From positions 480,001 through 544,000 of the forward strand of contig CAXXSR010000002.1 of NCBI GenBank assembly GCA_963662615.2: a stretch of DNA of 64,000 bases, read 5' to 3'. Made by a program: the position numbers and the translations under genes. The stretch comes from Dehalococcoidia bacterium. Lineage in GTDB: Bacteria > Chloroflexota > Dehalococcoidia > Bin125. Below, in pieces: positions 1 through 9,341 of the stretch. Positions within the stretch are counted from its first letter, which is position 1, and the number at the start of each line of letters is the position of its first letter. The notes under the pieces are model-generated. The model was not told the origin of the DNA and did no database searches. It saw only the letters and a program-made list of their open reading frames with translations.

Positions 1-206
1 TGGCCGCAGTTCTCCGCGGCGCGCTTGAGCAGGGTGTTCTTGACGACCCGCAGCTCCATGCTGGGCTCTTGGGCGCGCAGCGCCAGGCGGAGGTCGCGCA
101 TCTGCGCGACGGTCAACCCACGGTAGTCCAGGCCAATGGTGATCACGGCCCGCTTGAGGCGGTCCTCCAGTTCGGCGACTTGTTGGATCTTCTCTTTGGT
201 GACCAT
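1..206 (-). CDS. rplJ: 50S ribosomal protein L10, N-terminal part (runs off window start; not in the ORF track)
   Basis: Manual translation from ATG at 206: MVTKEKIQQVAELEDRLKRAVITIGLDYRGLTVAQMRDLRLALRAQEPSMELRVVKNTLLKRA, with the L10 motifs DYRGLTV and VVKNTL; follows rplA. Confidence 0.95.
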   Translation of the reverse strand, partial: MVTKEKIQQVAELEDRLKRAVITIGLDYRGLTVAQMRDLRLALRAQEPSMELRVVKNTLLKRAAENCG

Positions 207-244
207 GGGCTCGTTCCGGTTTCCGATCGTCTCCGTCACGCTAC

Positions 245-296
245 AAAAAATCGACCTGCACGGTCCGGCGGGCAGCGCCAAGGACGGGCAGGTCGA
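245..296 (-). terminator. Intrinsic terminator/attenuator in the rplJ leader
   Basis: TCGACCTGC (251-259) pairs with GCAGGTCGA (288-296); six Ts follow on the minus strand (245-250). Confidence 0.65.
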
Positions 297-395
297 ACGC
301 GAGTGGGCATGGGCGCCGGTTCGGGTTCGTGCCTGCGCTGGACATTGAGGCTCCCCTTGCAGCTGGGGTAAAGGAGCCGCCAGCGGTCTTTGGCG
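245..395 (-). promoter_or_regulatory. Ribosomal protein L10 leader (autoregulatory RNA)
   Basis: The minus strand between rplA and rplJ reads CCAAAGACCGCTGG...CCAGCGCAGG, the pattern typical of L10 leaders, followed by a terminator-like hairpin. Confidence 0.75.
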
Positions 396-411
396 CGTTC
401 GGTTTTTTTCG

Positions 412-1125
412 CTATTCCGCTTTCAACGACATTGCGCTCTGCAACTCCATGCGCACGCTGGGGCCCATGGTAGAAGCGAGATGGATGCCCTGAATATAGG
501 ACCCCTTCCCCCCACTGGGCTTCGCTTTGACGATCTCCTGCATGACGGTGGCCATGTTCTCCAGCAACTGGTGCGGCTCAAAGCTCGCCTTGCCCACGGC
601 AACGTGGATGATGGCGAGCCGGTCGAGACGAAACTCGACCCGTCCCTTGCGGGCCTCCGCCACCGCCTTGGGCAAGTCAGCGCCGTCCACCACCGTCCCG
701 GCGCGGGGGTTGGGCATGAGCCCGCGCGGGCCCAGGATCCGGCCCAGCTTGCCGACTTTCCCCATCAGGTCACGCTGGGCCAGCGCGAGGTCGAAATCTG
801 TGTAGCCCTCTTGGACGCGCTTGATGAGGTCATCGGAGCCCACCGGGTCGGCGCCGGCCTCCGCGGCGCCGCGGGCGGCGTCGCCCTCCGCGAAGACGGC
901 CACGCGCACCTCTTTCCCCAGTCCGTGGGGAAGTTGGGTGGTTCCCCGCACCTGCTGCTCGGCATGGCGGGGGTCCAGGCCGGTGCGGACATGAAGCTCC
1001 ACGGTCTCATCAAACTTGGCGGTGGCGCCCTTCTTGACCAGATCGATCGCCTCTTCCGGCCCATACGCGGCGTCGCGGTCATAGCTCTGGGCGACGGCAT
1101 CGTAGCGTTTGCCCCGCGCGGCCAT
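412..1125 (-). CDS. rplA: 50S ribosomal protein L1
   Basis: KFDETVELH, VRGT..LPHGLGK and LGPRGLMPNP motifs; synteny. Confidence 0.98.
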   Translation of the reverse strand: MAARGKRYDAVAQSYDRDAAYGPEEAIDLVKKGATAKFDETVELHVRTGLDPRHAEQQVRGTTQLPHGLGKEVRVAVFAEGDAARGAAEAGADPVGSDDLIKRVQEGYTDFDLALAQRDLMGKVGKLGRILGPRGLMPNPRAGTVVDGADLPKAVAEARKGRVEFRLDRLAIIHVAVGKASFEPHQLLENMATVMQEIVKAKPSGGKGSYIQGIHLASTMGPSVRMELQSAMSLKAE

Positions 1126-1127
1126 CC

Positions 1128-1553
1128 TTAGCTCTGCACTTCCACGCCCATGCTGCGCGCGGTGCCGGCAATGATCTGCATGGCGGCGTCGACGTCGTTG
1201 GCGTTGAGGTCGGGCATTTTGCGCTGGGCGATCTCGCGCAACTGCGCGGTCGTGATGGTCCCCACCATCGTCCGGCGCGCCTCGGCGGCGCCCTTCTCCA
1301 GGCCCGCCGCCTTGCGAATGAGGTCCGAGGCAGGTGGTGTGCGGATCTCAAAGGTGAAGGAGCGGTCTTCGTAGATCGTAATCTGCGCCGGCGCGACGTC
1401 GCCGGCCATGGTGGCCGTGCGCTCATTGTAGGTCTTGACGAATTCCATGATGTTGGCGCCGTGCTGCCCCAGCGCGGGCCCCACCGGCGGCGCCGGGCTC
1501 GCCTTGCCGGCATCCAGCTGGAGAGTGAGGAGGGCGCGAATCTTTTTGGCCAC
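1128..1553 (-). CDS. rplK: 50S ribosomal protein L11
   Basis: [15 protein letters not shown] and GTARSMG motifs. Confidence 0.98.
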   Translation of the reverse strand: MAKKIRALLTLQLDAGKASPAPPVGPALGQHGANIMEFVKTYNERTATMAGDVAPAQITIYEDRSFTFEIRTPPASDLIRKAAGLEKGAAEARRTMVGTITTAQLREIAQRKMPDLNANDVDAAMQIIAGTARSMGVEVQS

Positions 1554-1562
1554 GGCGGCGCC

Positions 1563-2558
1563 CTATGCCTTCTCTACCTGCATGAAGTCCAGCTCCATTG
1601 GGGTTTCGCGTCCGAACATGGAGATGAGGACGCGGACCTTTCCTTTGTCCAGATTGATCTCGACCACCTGGCCAATGAAGTCCAGGAACGGTCCGTCCAT
1701 CACGCGGATCGAATCGCCGATCTCAAAGCCTACGCGAACGCGCGGCTCCACGACGCGCATCTGCCGCAGGATGGCTTTGACTTCCTCCCGAGGCAGCGGG
1801 TGCGGCTTGTCGGCGCCGACGAAGCCGGTCACGCCGGGGGTGTTGCGCACGACGTACCAGGTGTCGTCGTCCAAGATCATCTCGACAAGCACGTAGCCGG
1901 GCAGGAGCTTGCGCTGGACTTGACGCCGCTGCCCGCCTCGGATCTCCAGTTCCTCTTCCGTGGGGACGACGACGCGAAAGATGCGCTCGGCCACATCCAT
2001 GCTTTCAATGCGGCGCTCCAGGTTGATCTGAACTCGATTTTCGTGGCCGGAGTAGGTGTTGAGGACGTACCAGGAGCGCGCGTCTTCAGGGACGGGGCCC
2101 AGGAGTTCGTCTTCCTCCTTTGCCGCCTCTTCGTCCACCTGGGACTGCGCGACGGGGGCGACCGGCGCCTCCGCTTCCGCCGTGGGGGCGGGCTGGTCGA
2201 GCCCCAGCTTCTCCACCAGGCGCTCGGCCGCATCCGCTTCCTTGTCCACGGCGGCGCGCTCGAGCTCAAGGTCCATCCCCAGGGCCGTGGCGGCACGCAT
2301 GGCCGCCTGGTACTCACGCTCAACGGCGCTCAGGGTCGGCTCGGCGTCCTCGGTCTCCGCGGCGGGAGCGGCCGGGGGGGCGCTCTCCGCTTCGGGCGCC
2401 GGCGCGGCCGCGGGCACCGGCTCGGGCATCGCGCCTTCCTGCGCTTCGGGGGCCGGCGCGGCCGCGGGCGCTGGCTCGGGCGCCGTGCCTTCCTGCGCTG
2501 CGGGCTGCACCGGCGGTTGCTCCTGATCGTCGGTGGTGATGTCGGAGTTCGTGGTCAT
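1563..2558 (-). CDS. nusG: Transcription elongation factor NusG with a ~155 aa acidic/Pro-Ala N-terminal extension
   Basis: WYVLNTYSGHE, PGYVLVEM, VRNTPGVTGFVG and KOW motif GPF; located between secE and rplK. Confidence 0.96.
   Translation of the reverse strand: MTTNSDITTDDQEQPPVQPAAQEGTAPEPAPAAAPAPEAQEGAMPEPVPAAAPAPEAESAPPAAPAAETEDAEPTLSAVEREYQAAMRAATALGMDLELERAAVDKEADAAERLVEKLGLDQPAPTAEAEAPVAPVAQSQVDEEAAKEEDELLGPVPEDARSWYVLNTYSGHENRVQINLERRIESMDVAERIFRVVVPTEEELEIRGGQRRQVQRKLLPGYVLVEMILDDDTWYVVRNTPGVTGFVGADKPHPLPREEVKAILRQMRVVEPRVRVGFEIGDSIRVMDGPFLDFIGQVVEINLDKGKVRVLISMFGRETPMELDFMQVEKA
2388..2498. repeat. 54-bp tandem repeat (about 2 copies) in the nusG extension
   Basis: Encodes AQEGTAPEPAPAAAPAPE / AQEGAMPEPVPAAAPAPE. 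Confidence 0.85.
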
Positions 2559-2568
2559 GAGTCTTCCA

Positions 2569-2964
2569 TCAGGGCAGGAGGACGTTCTCGAGGAGCCGGT
2601 TGAAGATCCAGTCGACGGAGCCCAGGACCGCGCCCACGGCCACGGCGACGATGATCACCACGGTGGTGAGGCTGCGCGTCTCCTGGGGGCCGGGCCAGAC
2701 GACGCGGCGCAGCTCCGTAATGATCTCTATGAGGATGCGCGGGTGCGTCCAGCGGTAGATGCGTCCGTGCTCTCGTCCGCGGGTGGGGGCGTCGGCGGGC
2801 CGCGGCGTGGAGCGCCGGGGCCGCACGGCGACGCCCGGCTCCGGTGGCGGCGCGGGCTGCGGCGCTGGGGTCGCCGGCAGGGCCGCTGGGGCGGGCACAG
2901 CGGCGGAAGCCGCCTGCGCTTGGCGGCGGCGGCGAGAGCGGCGGCTGGAGCTTCCACGCGCCAT
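2569..2964 (-). CDS. secE: Preprotein translocase SecE with an Arg/Pro-rich N-terminal extension
   Basis: ELRRVVWP motif followed by one TM helix; located between rpmG and nusG. Confidence 0.93.
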   Translation of the reverse strand: MARGSSSRRSRRRRQAQAASAAVPAPAALPATPAPQPAPPPEPGVAVRPRRSTPRPADAPTRGREHGRIYRWTHPRILIEIITELRRVVWPGPQETRSLTTVVIIVAVAVGAVLGSVDWIFNRLLENVLLP

Positions 2965-3002
2965 GACCGATGGGGTCCCCTCCTCTTTCCTCTGGCGGCG
3001 TC

Positions 3003-3164
3003 TTAGCGCGTCTCACGGAAGAGCTGATGGACGCGGCAGCGGGGGCAGTACTTCCGCAGCTCCAGGCGGTCCGAGTCATTGCGCCGGTTCTTGCGTGAGT
3101 GGTAGGCGTGCGTCTGGCACTCCCGGCAGCGCAGCGTGATGTGGATGCGGTCTCCTTTCGCCAT
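3003..3164 (-). CDS. rpmG: 50S ribosomal protein L33, zinc-ribbon form (not in the ORF track)
   Basis: Manual translation [53 protein letters not shown]; two CxxC motifs. Confidence 0.95.
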   Translation of the reverse strand: MAKGDRIHITLRCRECQTHAYHSRKNRRNDSDRLELRKYCPRCRVHQLFRETR

Positions 3165-3172
3165 GGCCGGGC

Positions 3173-4372
<1,200 letters not shown>

Positions 4373-4409
4373 GGCTCCTCCGCCTCTTGCTTGCTGCCTC
4401 TGCTCGTAC

Positions 4410-4485
4410 TGGAGCCCGCATCCAGATTCGAACTGGAGACCTCGTTCTTACCAAGAACGCGCTCTACCGACTGAGCTATGCGGGC
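4410..4485 (-). tRNA. tRNA-Thr(GGT)
   Basis: GCCCGCATAGCTCAG... anticodon arm CGTTC-TTGGTAA-GAACG, T-loop GTTCGAATC, encoded CCA. Confidence 0.97.
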
Positions 4486-4520
4486 CTCCTCCGCTGATCT
4501 CGCCGGACCGGTCGCACGGG

Positions 4521-4608
4521 TGGTGCTGGGGGCAGGATTTGAACCTGCGTAGCCCTTTCGGGCGCCGATTTTACAGACCGGTGGTATTAGCCACTCACCC
4601 ACCCCAGC
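4521..4608 (-). tRNA. tRNA-Tyr(GTA)
   Basis: Anticodon arm CCGGT-CTGTAAA-ATCGG, long variable arm GCCCGAAAGGGC, GTTCAAATC, encoded CCA. Confidence 0.96.
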
Positions 4609-4639
4609 CTCAGCGCGACCGCCCCTTGAGTGACGCACA

Positions 4640-4714
4640 TGGAGCCCGAGAAGGGAGTCGAACCCCTAACCTGCCGATTACAAATCGGCTGCGCTACCGT
4701 TGCGCCACCCGGGC
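4640..4714 (-). tRNA. tRNA-Thr(TGT)
   Basis: Anticodon arm GCCGA-TTTGTAA-TCGGC, GTTCGACTC, encoded CCA. Confidence 0.97.
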
Positions 4715-4752
4715 TGAGCCCGAAACAAAAAAGACACGCTCCGGGGCGCGTC

Positions 4753-4798
4753 TGTCAAGGAGTATATGGGGCCCGCGGAAACCGGGTCAAGAATGCTA
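4753..4798 (-). promoter_or_regulatory. Sigma70-type promoter(s) of the tRNA-tuf operon
   Basis: TTGACC(4785-4790)-N18-TATACT(4761-4766); an extra TAGCAT at 4793-4798 and TTGACA at 4753-4758. Confidence 0.65.
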
Positions 4799-4870
4799 CA
4801 CCTGGAAGTCGCGGTGCGGCCGGCGCGCTGGGGGCTGCCAGCCGTGTCCCGGCCTGGGGCGGCGGTTCGA

Positions 4871-6313
4871 TTAGAAGCGCAGGGTGCTCTCCGCCGTCGA
4901 CGGCGGCTCCTCAGCAGAGTCGGGGACGGTGGGCTCGGCCGGCCGCCAGGTGCTGCCTTGTCGATTGTCCTCCAGCGTGACGCCGAGGTCGGCCAGGCGG
5001 GCCCGGATCTGGTCCGCTAAGGCGTACTCATTCCGGCCCCGGAGTTCGCTGCGGATCTCCAGGAGCAGATCAATGAAGGGGGCGGCGTTGATGTGGCGGA
5101 CGCTCGCCTGGAAGTGGAGTCCCAAGACGCCCCCCAGCTCGCGCAGCTGCGCCACCGCGTTCTCGACCGTGCCGCCGGTGTCGCGGGCGCGATTGATCTC
5201 GCGGGCGAGATCGAACAGGGTGGCGAGCGCTTGGGGTGTGCCCAGGTCGTCCTCCATGGCGTCAATGAAGCGCCGCCGGTAGCCCTCCGCGTCCAACTCT
5301 CCGTCCCCGTTGCTGCGGCCGGAACCCTCTTCGCCGGCGCCGTCGCCCCCAGCGGCGATGAGGAGCCGTTCCGCGCCCCGAGCCGCCCCCGTCAGCGACG
5401 CCTCCGAGTAGGTCAGGGGGCTGCGGTAGTGCCCGCTGAGGACGAAGTGACGGAGGGCGTCGGCGCCGTAACGGTCCAGGCCCTCGCGCAAGGTGATGAT
5501 GTTGCCCAGGGACTTGGACATCTTCTCGTCGCCCAGTTGCATGAGGGCGTTGTGCATCCAGTGACGGACGAACGGTGTCTTGCCGGTGAACGTCTCCGAC
5601 TGGGCGCTCTCGTTTTCGTGGTGCGGGAAGATCAGGTCCATGCCGCCGCCGTGCAGATCGATCTGCTCACCTAAATAGCGCAGGGCCATGGCGCTGCATT
5701 CAATGTGCCAGCCGGGCCGGCCCGGACCCCAGGGGCTGTCCCAGGACGGCTCGCCCGGCTTCGCGGCCTTCCACAGGGCGAAGTCCATGGGGTGCTGCTT
5801 TTGGGAGGCCACCTCCACGCGGGCACCCGCGATCATCTCCTCCAGGGTCCGACGGGAGAGTTTGCCGTAGTCCTTGCGGGCCTGCACAGAGAAGTAGACG
5901 TCGCCGTTGGCGGGGTAGGCCGACCCCTCCGCAACGAGCCCTCCGATCACTTCCAGCATCTTCGGAATCTCTTCCGTCGCGCGCGGATGCACGTCGGCGG
6001 GCTGAACGTTCAGTTCGCGCATCTCCGCTTGGAATTTTGCGATCTGACTGTGAGCGAGCGCGGGAACGGAGATGCCGAGCCGGGCGGCGCGGGCGATCAT
6101 CTTGTCGTCCACGTCGGTGAAGTTGTAGACGAAGCGCACCCGGCGTCCGCGCCATTCCAGGTAGCGGCGGAGCGTGTCAAAGATGATGATGCTCATGCCG
6201 TGGCCCAGATGCGCGTCGTCGTAGGGGGTGACGCCGCAGACGTAGATGCTGACGGGGTCGTCCAGCGGCCGGAACGGCTCTTTGCGGCGGGTCAAGGTGT
6301 TATAGAGCTGCAC
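4871..6313 (-). CDS. cysS: Cysteinyl-tRNA synthetase
   Basis: YVCGVTPY, HLGH, GRPGWHIECS, HGGG.DL.FPHHENE and KMSKS motifs. Confidence 0.98.
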   Translation of the reverse strand: MQLYNTLTRRKEPFRPLDDPVSIYVCGVTPYDDAHLGHGMSIIIFDTLRRYLEWRGRRVRFVYNFTDVDDKMIARAARLGISVPALAHSQIAKFQAEMRELNVQPADVHPRATEEIPKMLEVIGGLVAEGSAYPANGDVYFSVQARKDYGKLSRRTLEEMIAGARVEVASQKQHPMDFALWKAAKPGEPSWDSPWGPGRPGWHIECSAMALRYLGEQIDLHGGGMDLIFPHHENESAQSETFTGKTPFVRHWMHNALMQLGDEKMSKSLGNIITLREGLDRYGADALRHFVLSGHYRSPLTYSEASLTGAARGAERLLIAAGGDGAGEEGSGRSNGDGELDAEGYRRRFIDAMEDDLGTPQALATLFDLAREINRARDTGGTVENAVAQLRELGGVLGLHFQASVRHINAAPFIDLLLEIRSELRGRNEYALADQIRARLADLGVTLEDNRQGSTWRPAEPTVPDSAEEPPSTAESTLRF

Positions 6314-6336
6314 GGACTGCTCGCACGCGCTGGCGG

Positions 6337-6621
6337 CTAGGCGCTGTGAGGCGGGACGGGCTGGCGTGAGGACGGTACGGGGGCGGGCTCGCCGATCACG
6401 GCCCCGGGATGAATCTCAATGCCGGTCAGGGCCCGGTTGAGGTGCGAGACCAGCCGCGGGAACAGGGGCACGTTGGCCCGCGAGAGGGAGTGCGCCAGCC
6501 GATGGAGCAGCCGGGCTTGGAAGCCTGGGTAGGCGAGGATGACCTCCCAGATGCTCTGCGCGGCGGGATCGCGTTCGCGAATGAATTCAATGTCAGCGCG
6601 GATGGCGCGCCAGGGCAACAT
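6337..6621 (-). pseudogene. cysE: Truncated serine O-acetyltransferase (N-terminal ~77 aa only)
   Basis: ERDPAA, YPGFQA..LHRLAH and TGIEIHPGAVIG, then 17 unrelated residues and a stop; canonical position before cysS; no room for the rest of the gene. Confidence 0.85.
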
Positions 6622-6656
6622 GGCTCACCTTGCCTCGACGCGCGGGCGGGCGCTGC

Positions 6657-7955
6657 TCACGGCCTGGTTGCCGGTCGAGATGCGGCCGTGGGCGCGTCCG
6701 CCAGGATGCGCACGATCGCCTGCGCCTGCAGGCTCTCAGAGCGACCCACGGGCCCCAGGCCCTCTGCCGTGGTCGCCTTGACGCTGACGACGGCCACGTC
6801 CACTCCCATTGACGCTGCCAGCCGCCCGCGCATGGCTGGGATGTGCGGCTGCAGTTTGGGCTGCTCCGCGATCACCGTGGCGTCTACGTTGCCCACACGA
6901 TAGCCGTGTTGCACCAACATTGCGACCGCACGGGCGAGCAGATCCTGGCTGTCGACACCCGCCCATTGGGCGTCGTCCGGGGGGAAGTGCTGCCCGATGT
7001 CCCCCAGCGCCGCGGCGCCCAGCAGCGCGTCGATGATGGCGTGCGAGAGCGCGTCGGCGTCGGAGTGACCGGCCAGGCCGGGGCTGTCGGGGATGCGCAC
7101 GCCGCCCAAGATCAGCGGACGCTGCGGATCGAAGCGGTGGATGTCGGTGCCGATCCCGACTCGGTCCTGCGCTCCACTCTCCCGCCCGCCCTCCCCGCTC
7201 GCCGGCGTGGGCTGGGAGGAGAAGGACTGCGCTAGCGGCGTCTGGGCGCGGGCGCGCAGGAGGGCCGCCACGACGGGCAGATCAGCCGGGGTCGTGATCT
7301 TGGGGTTGGGCGCGCCGGGATCGTAGGCGACGACGCGATGGCCGAGCGCCTCCACGAGGGCGGCGTCATCTGTGAACGCTCCGTTGGCGACGGCTGGGGA
7401 GCCGGCGGCCGCGTGAGCGCGCAGGAGCAGGTCGCGGCGGAAGAGCTGCGGCGTCTGGGCCGCGCGCAGCGTCCGCCGGTCAATGGTGCGGGTGACCTGC
7501 ACAGCGCCGTCGGGAGAGTCGCCGTTCACTTCCTTGATCGTATCGGTCAGAGGCGCAGCGGCGATGGCGGCGCCGTGCCGCGCGGCGCAGTCGATCCCGC
7601 GCGCGATCATGCTGCTGGTGACGAGGGGGCGGGCCGTGTCGTGCACGGCGACGAGGTCCGCGTCGGCGAGCGCGGCGAGGCCGCGCGCGACCGAGTCCTG
7701 CCGCCGCGGCCCCCCCGGCACGATGGCGGTCACCTTGCCGCCGCCGTGCGCCGCCGCGAGCGTCTCCAGCGCTGCGCGATTGTTGTCGCCGCAGACCAGG
7801 ACAATGGAGGAGACGCCGTCGCAGGCGGCGAAGGCGCGCAGGGAGTAGGACGCGACAGGCTGTCCGTCCAGCGGCGCCACGCTCTTATCCAGCCCGCCCA
7901 TGCGCTCGCTCGCGCCGGCGGCCAGGAGGATGGCGGCGGTCCGGGGTGGGCTCAC
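6657..7955 (-). CDS. ispDF: Bifunctional IspD/IspF (MEP pathway)
   Basis: AAG.SERMG..K, VHD.ARP and QTPQ (IspD); G.G.DIH, GHSDADALSHA..DALLGA and VSVKATT.E (IspF). Confidence 0.96.
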   Translation of the reverse strand: MSPPRTAAILLAAGASERMGGLDKSVAPLDGQPVASYSLRAFAACDGVSSIVLVCGDNNRAALETLAAAHGGGKVTAIVPGGPRRQDSVARGLAALADADLVAVHDTARPLVTSSMIARGIDCAARHGAAIAAAPLTDTIKEVNGDSPDGAVQVTRTIDRRTLRAAQTPQLFRRDLLLRAHAAAGSPAVANGAFTDDAALVEALGHRVVAYDPGAPNPKITTPADLPVVAALLRARAQTPLAQSFSSQPTPASGEGGRESGAQDRVGIGTDIHRFDPQRPLILGGVRIPDSPGLAGHSDADALSHAIIDALLGAAALGDIGQHFPPDDAQWAGVDSQDLLARAVAMLVQHGYRVGNVDATVIAEQPKLQPHIPAMRGRLAASMGVDVAVVSVKATTAEGLGPVGRSESLQAQAIVRILADAPTAASRPATRP

Positions 7956-8959
7956 GGCGTCGCCTGCGTGCGCTCCGGCTCCACCTCGGCGGCGGGCGCG
8001 GGCGCGGCTTGGCGGAGGCGGGCGAAGAGCATGCGCCCGGCGGTGGTCTGGATGGTGCGGGTGATCTCCACCGTGACGTCTTGCTCCAGCAGCCGGCGCG
8101 CGTCCTCCACCACGACCATGGTGCCGTCTTGGAGGAAGCCCACGCCCTGCTCGCGCTCACGCCCTTCTTGCAGAATGCGGAGGTGGAGCGACTCGCCGGG
8201 CAGGGCGACGTTGCGCATCGCTTGGGCCAGGGCGTTGAGATTGAGCACGGGGACGTCCTCCACACCGGCGACGCGGTTGAGGTTGTAGTCGTTGGTCAGG
8301 AGGGCGGCGTTACGCGCGCGCGCCAGGGCCAGGACCTTCGCGTCCACGTCCGGCAGCTCGGCGTACTGGGCGTCGTCAATGACCGTGTGCACACGGCCGC
8401 TTGCCTGAATGCGGCTGAGCATCTCCAGGCCATAGCGGCCGCGCTGGCGTTTGAGGGCGTCGCTGCTGTCGGCGACGCGACGCAGTTCGTCCAGGACGAA
8501 GCGGGGGATGATGAGGTCAGCCAGGAGGAAGCCGCTCTCGGCGACGTCCGCGAGGCGGCCGTCGATGATGGCGCTGGTGTCCACCACCACGGCGGTGGGA
8601 CGCGCGTCGCGGGCCGCCGGCCCGCGGGCTCCAAACCCGGCGCCGGCGACGGCGTCGGAGCGTTCGCGGATGGAGTGGATGATCCGCTCGACCTCCGCAC
8701 GGCGGCTCAGCGCCACACCGATGCCAACGGGGGCGAGCAAGATCGCGACGCCGACGGCCGTGAAATCGCCGGCGGCGCCGGGCAGCGTCCCCAGGGGGAC
8801 GGCGAGCAGCGCCGCGGTCACGAGCGCCGCGATGAGGCCAAAGCCGCCCAGGAAGATCTCCAGGGTCGAAAGGTCGTGGAGGAGGCCCTGGCGCAGCGTG
8901 GCCAGGGGCCAAGCGAATGTTCGCTGCACCGCTCCCGCAGCGGCGCGCACTGTACCCAT
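7952..8959 (-). CDS. Membrane-anchored PIN/TRAM domain protein (YacL-like); start uncertain
   Basis: N-terminal TM helices, VVDTSAIIDGR, LLTND.NLNRVA, TRAM motif QGVGFLQDGTMVVVE; upstream of ispD as in the yacL-ispD order. ATG 8959 has an AGGTG RBS. Confidence 0.9.
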   Translation of the reverse strand: MGTVRAAAGAVQRTFAWPLATLRQGLLHDLSTLEIFLGGFGLIAALVTAALLAVPLGTLPGAAGDFTAVGVAILLAPVGIGVALSRRAEVERIIHSIRERSDAVAGAGFGARGPAARDARPTAVVVDTSAIIDGRLADVAESGFLLADLIIPRFVLDELRRVADSSDALKRQRGRYGLEMLSRIQASGRVHTVIDDAQYAELPDVDAKVLALARARNAALLTNDYNLNRVAGVEDVPVLNLNALAQAMRNVALPGESLHLRILQEGREREQGVGFLQDGTMVVVEDARRLLEQDVTVEITRTIQTTAGRMLFARLRQAAPAPAAEVEPERTQATP

Positions 8960-9161
8960 GGGACACCTAGCTGGCGCGGCAACCGTAGCGAGCGGCGCGT
9001 GGTTGCGGCGGCGAACCGTTGGCGGCCATGCGACCGCCGGATCATGCCAGGGTGGCATCCGCCACCGGATAAAGCCGGGACGGCCCTTGCGACAGGCCGT
9101 CAAATAAATCCAGGCAGCACCGCGGCTGTCCCTGTGACGCGCCGACCATCGCTGCAGAGGT

Positions 9162-9191
9162 ATCCTAGCGGCCCGCGCCGCGCCTCGTAAA
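9162..9191 (-). promoter_or_regulatory. Putative sigma70 promoter for the PIN/TRAM-ispDF-cysE-cysS operon
   Basis: TTTACG-N18-TAGGAT on the minus strand. Confidence 0.45.
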
Positions 9192-9248
9192 GAGAGGCTG
9201 TCCCTCGAAGGGGGGCGCTCAGTGGGCGGGCGCACTCTCGGCGCGGTG

Positions 9249-9266
9249 GATGTACCATCGTACATC
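9249..9266. promoter_or_regulatory. Perfect palindrome GATGTAC-N4-GTACATC (operator candidate) overlapping a -10-like TACCAT
   Basis: Seen directly in the divergent intergenic region upstream of the radical SAM gene. Confidence 0.5.
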
Positions 9267-9341
9267 GGACTGGCGTGGGCGCCGCCCGCCTTTGTGCGGC
9301 CGCGTTTGGCGCGGGGCGGGGCGCGAGGGGGAGGTTCGAGC

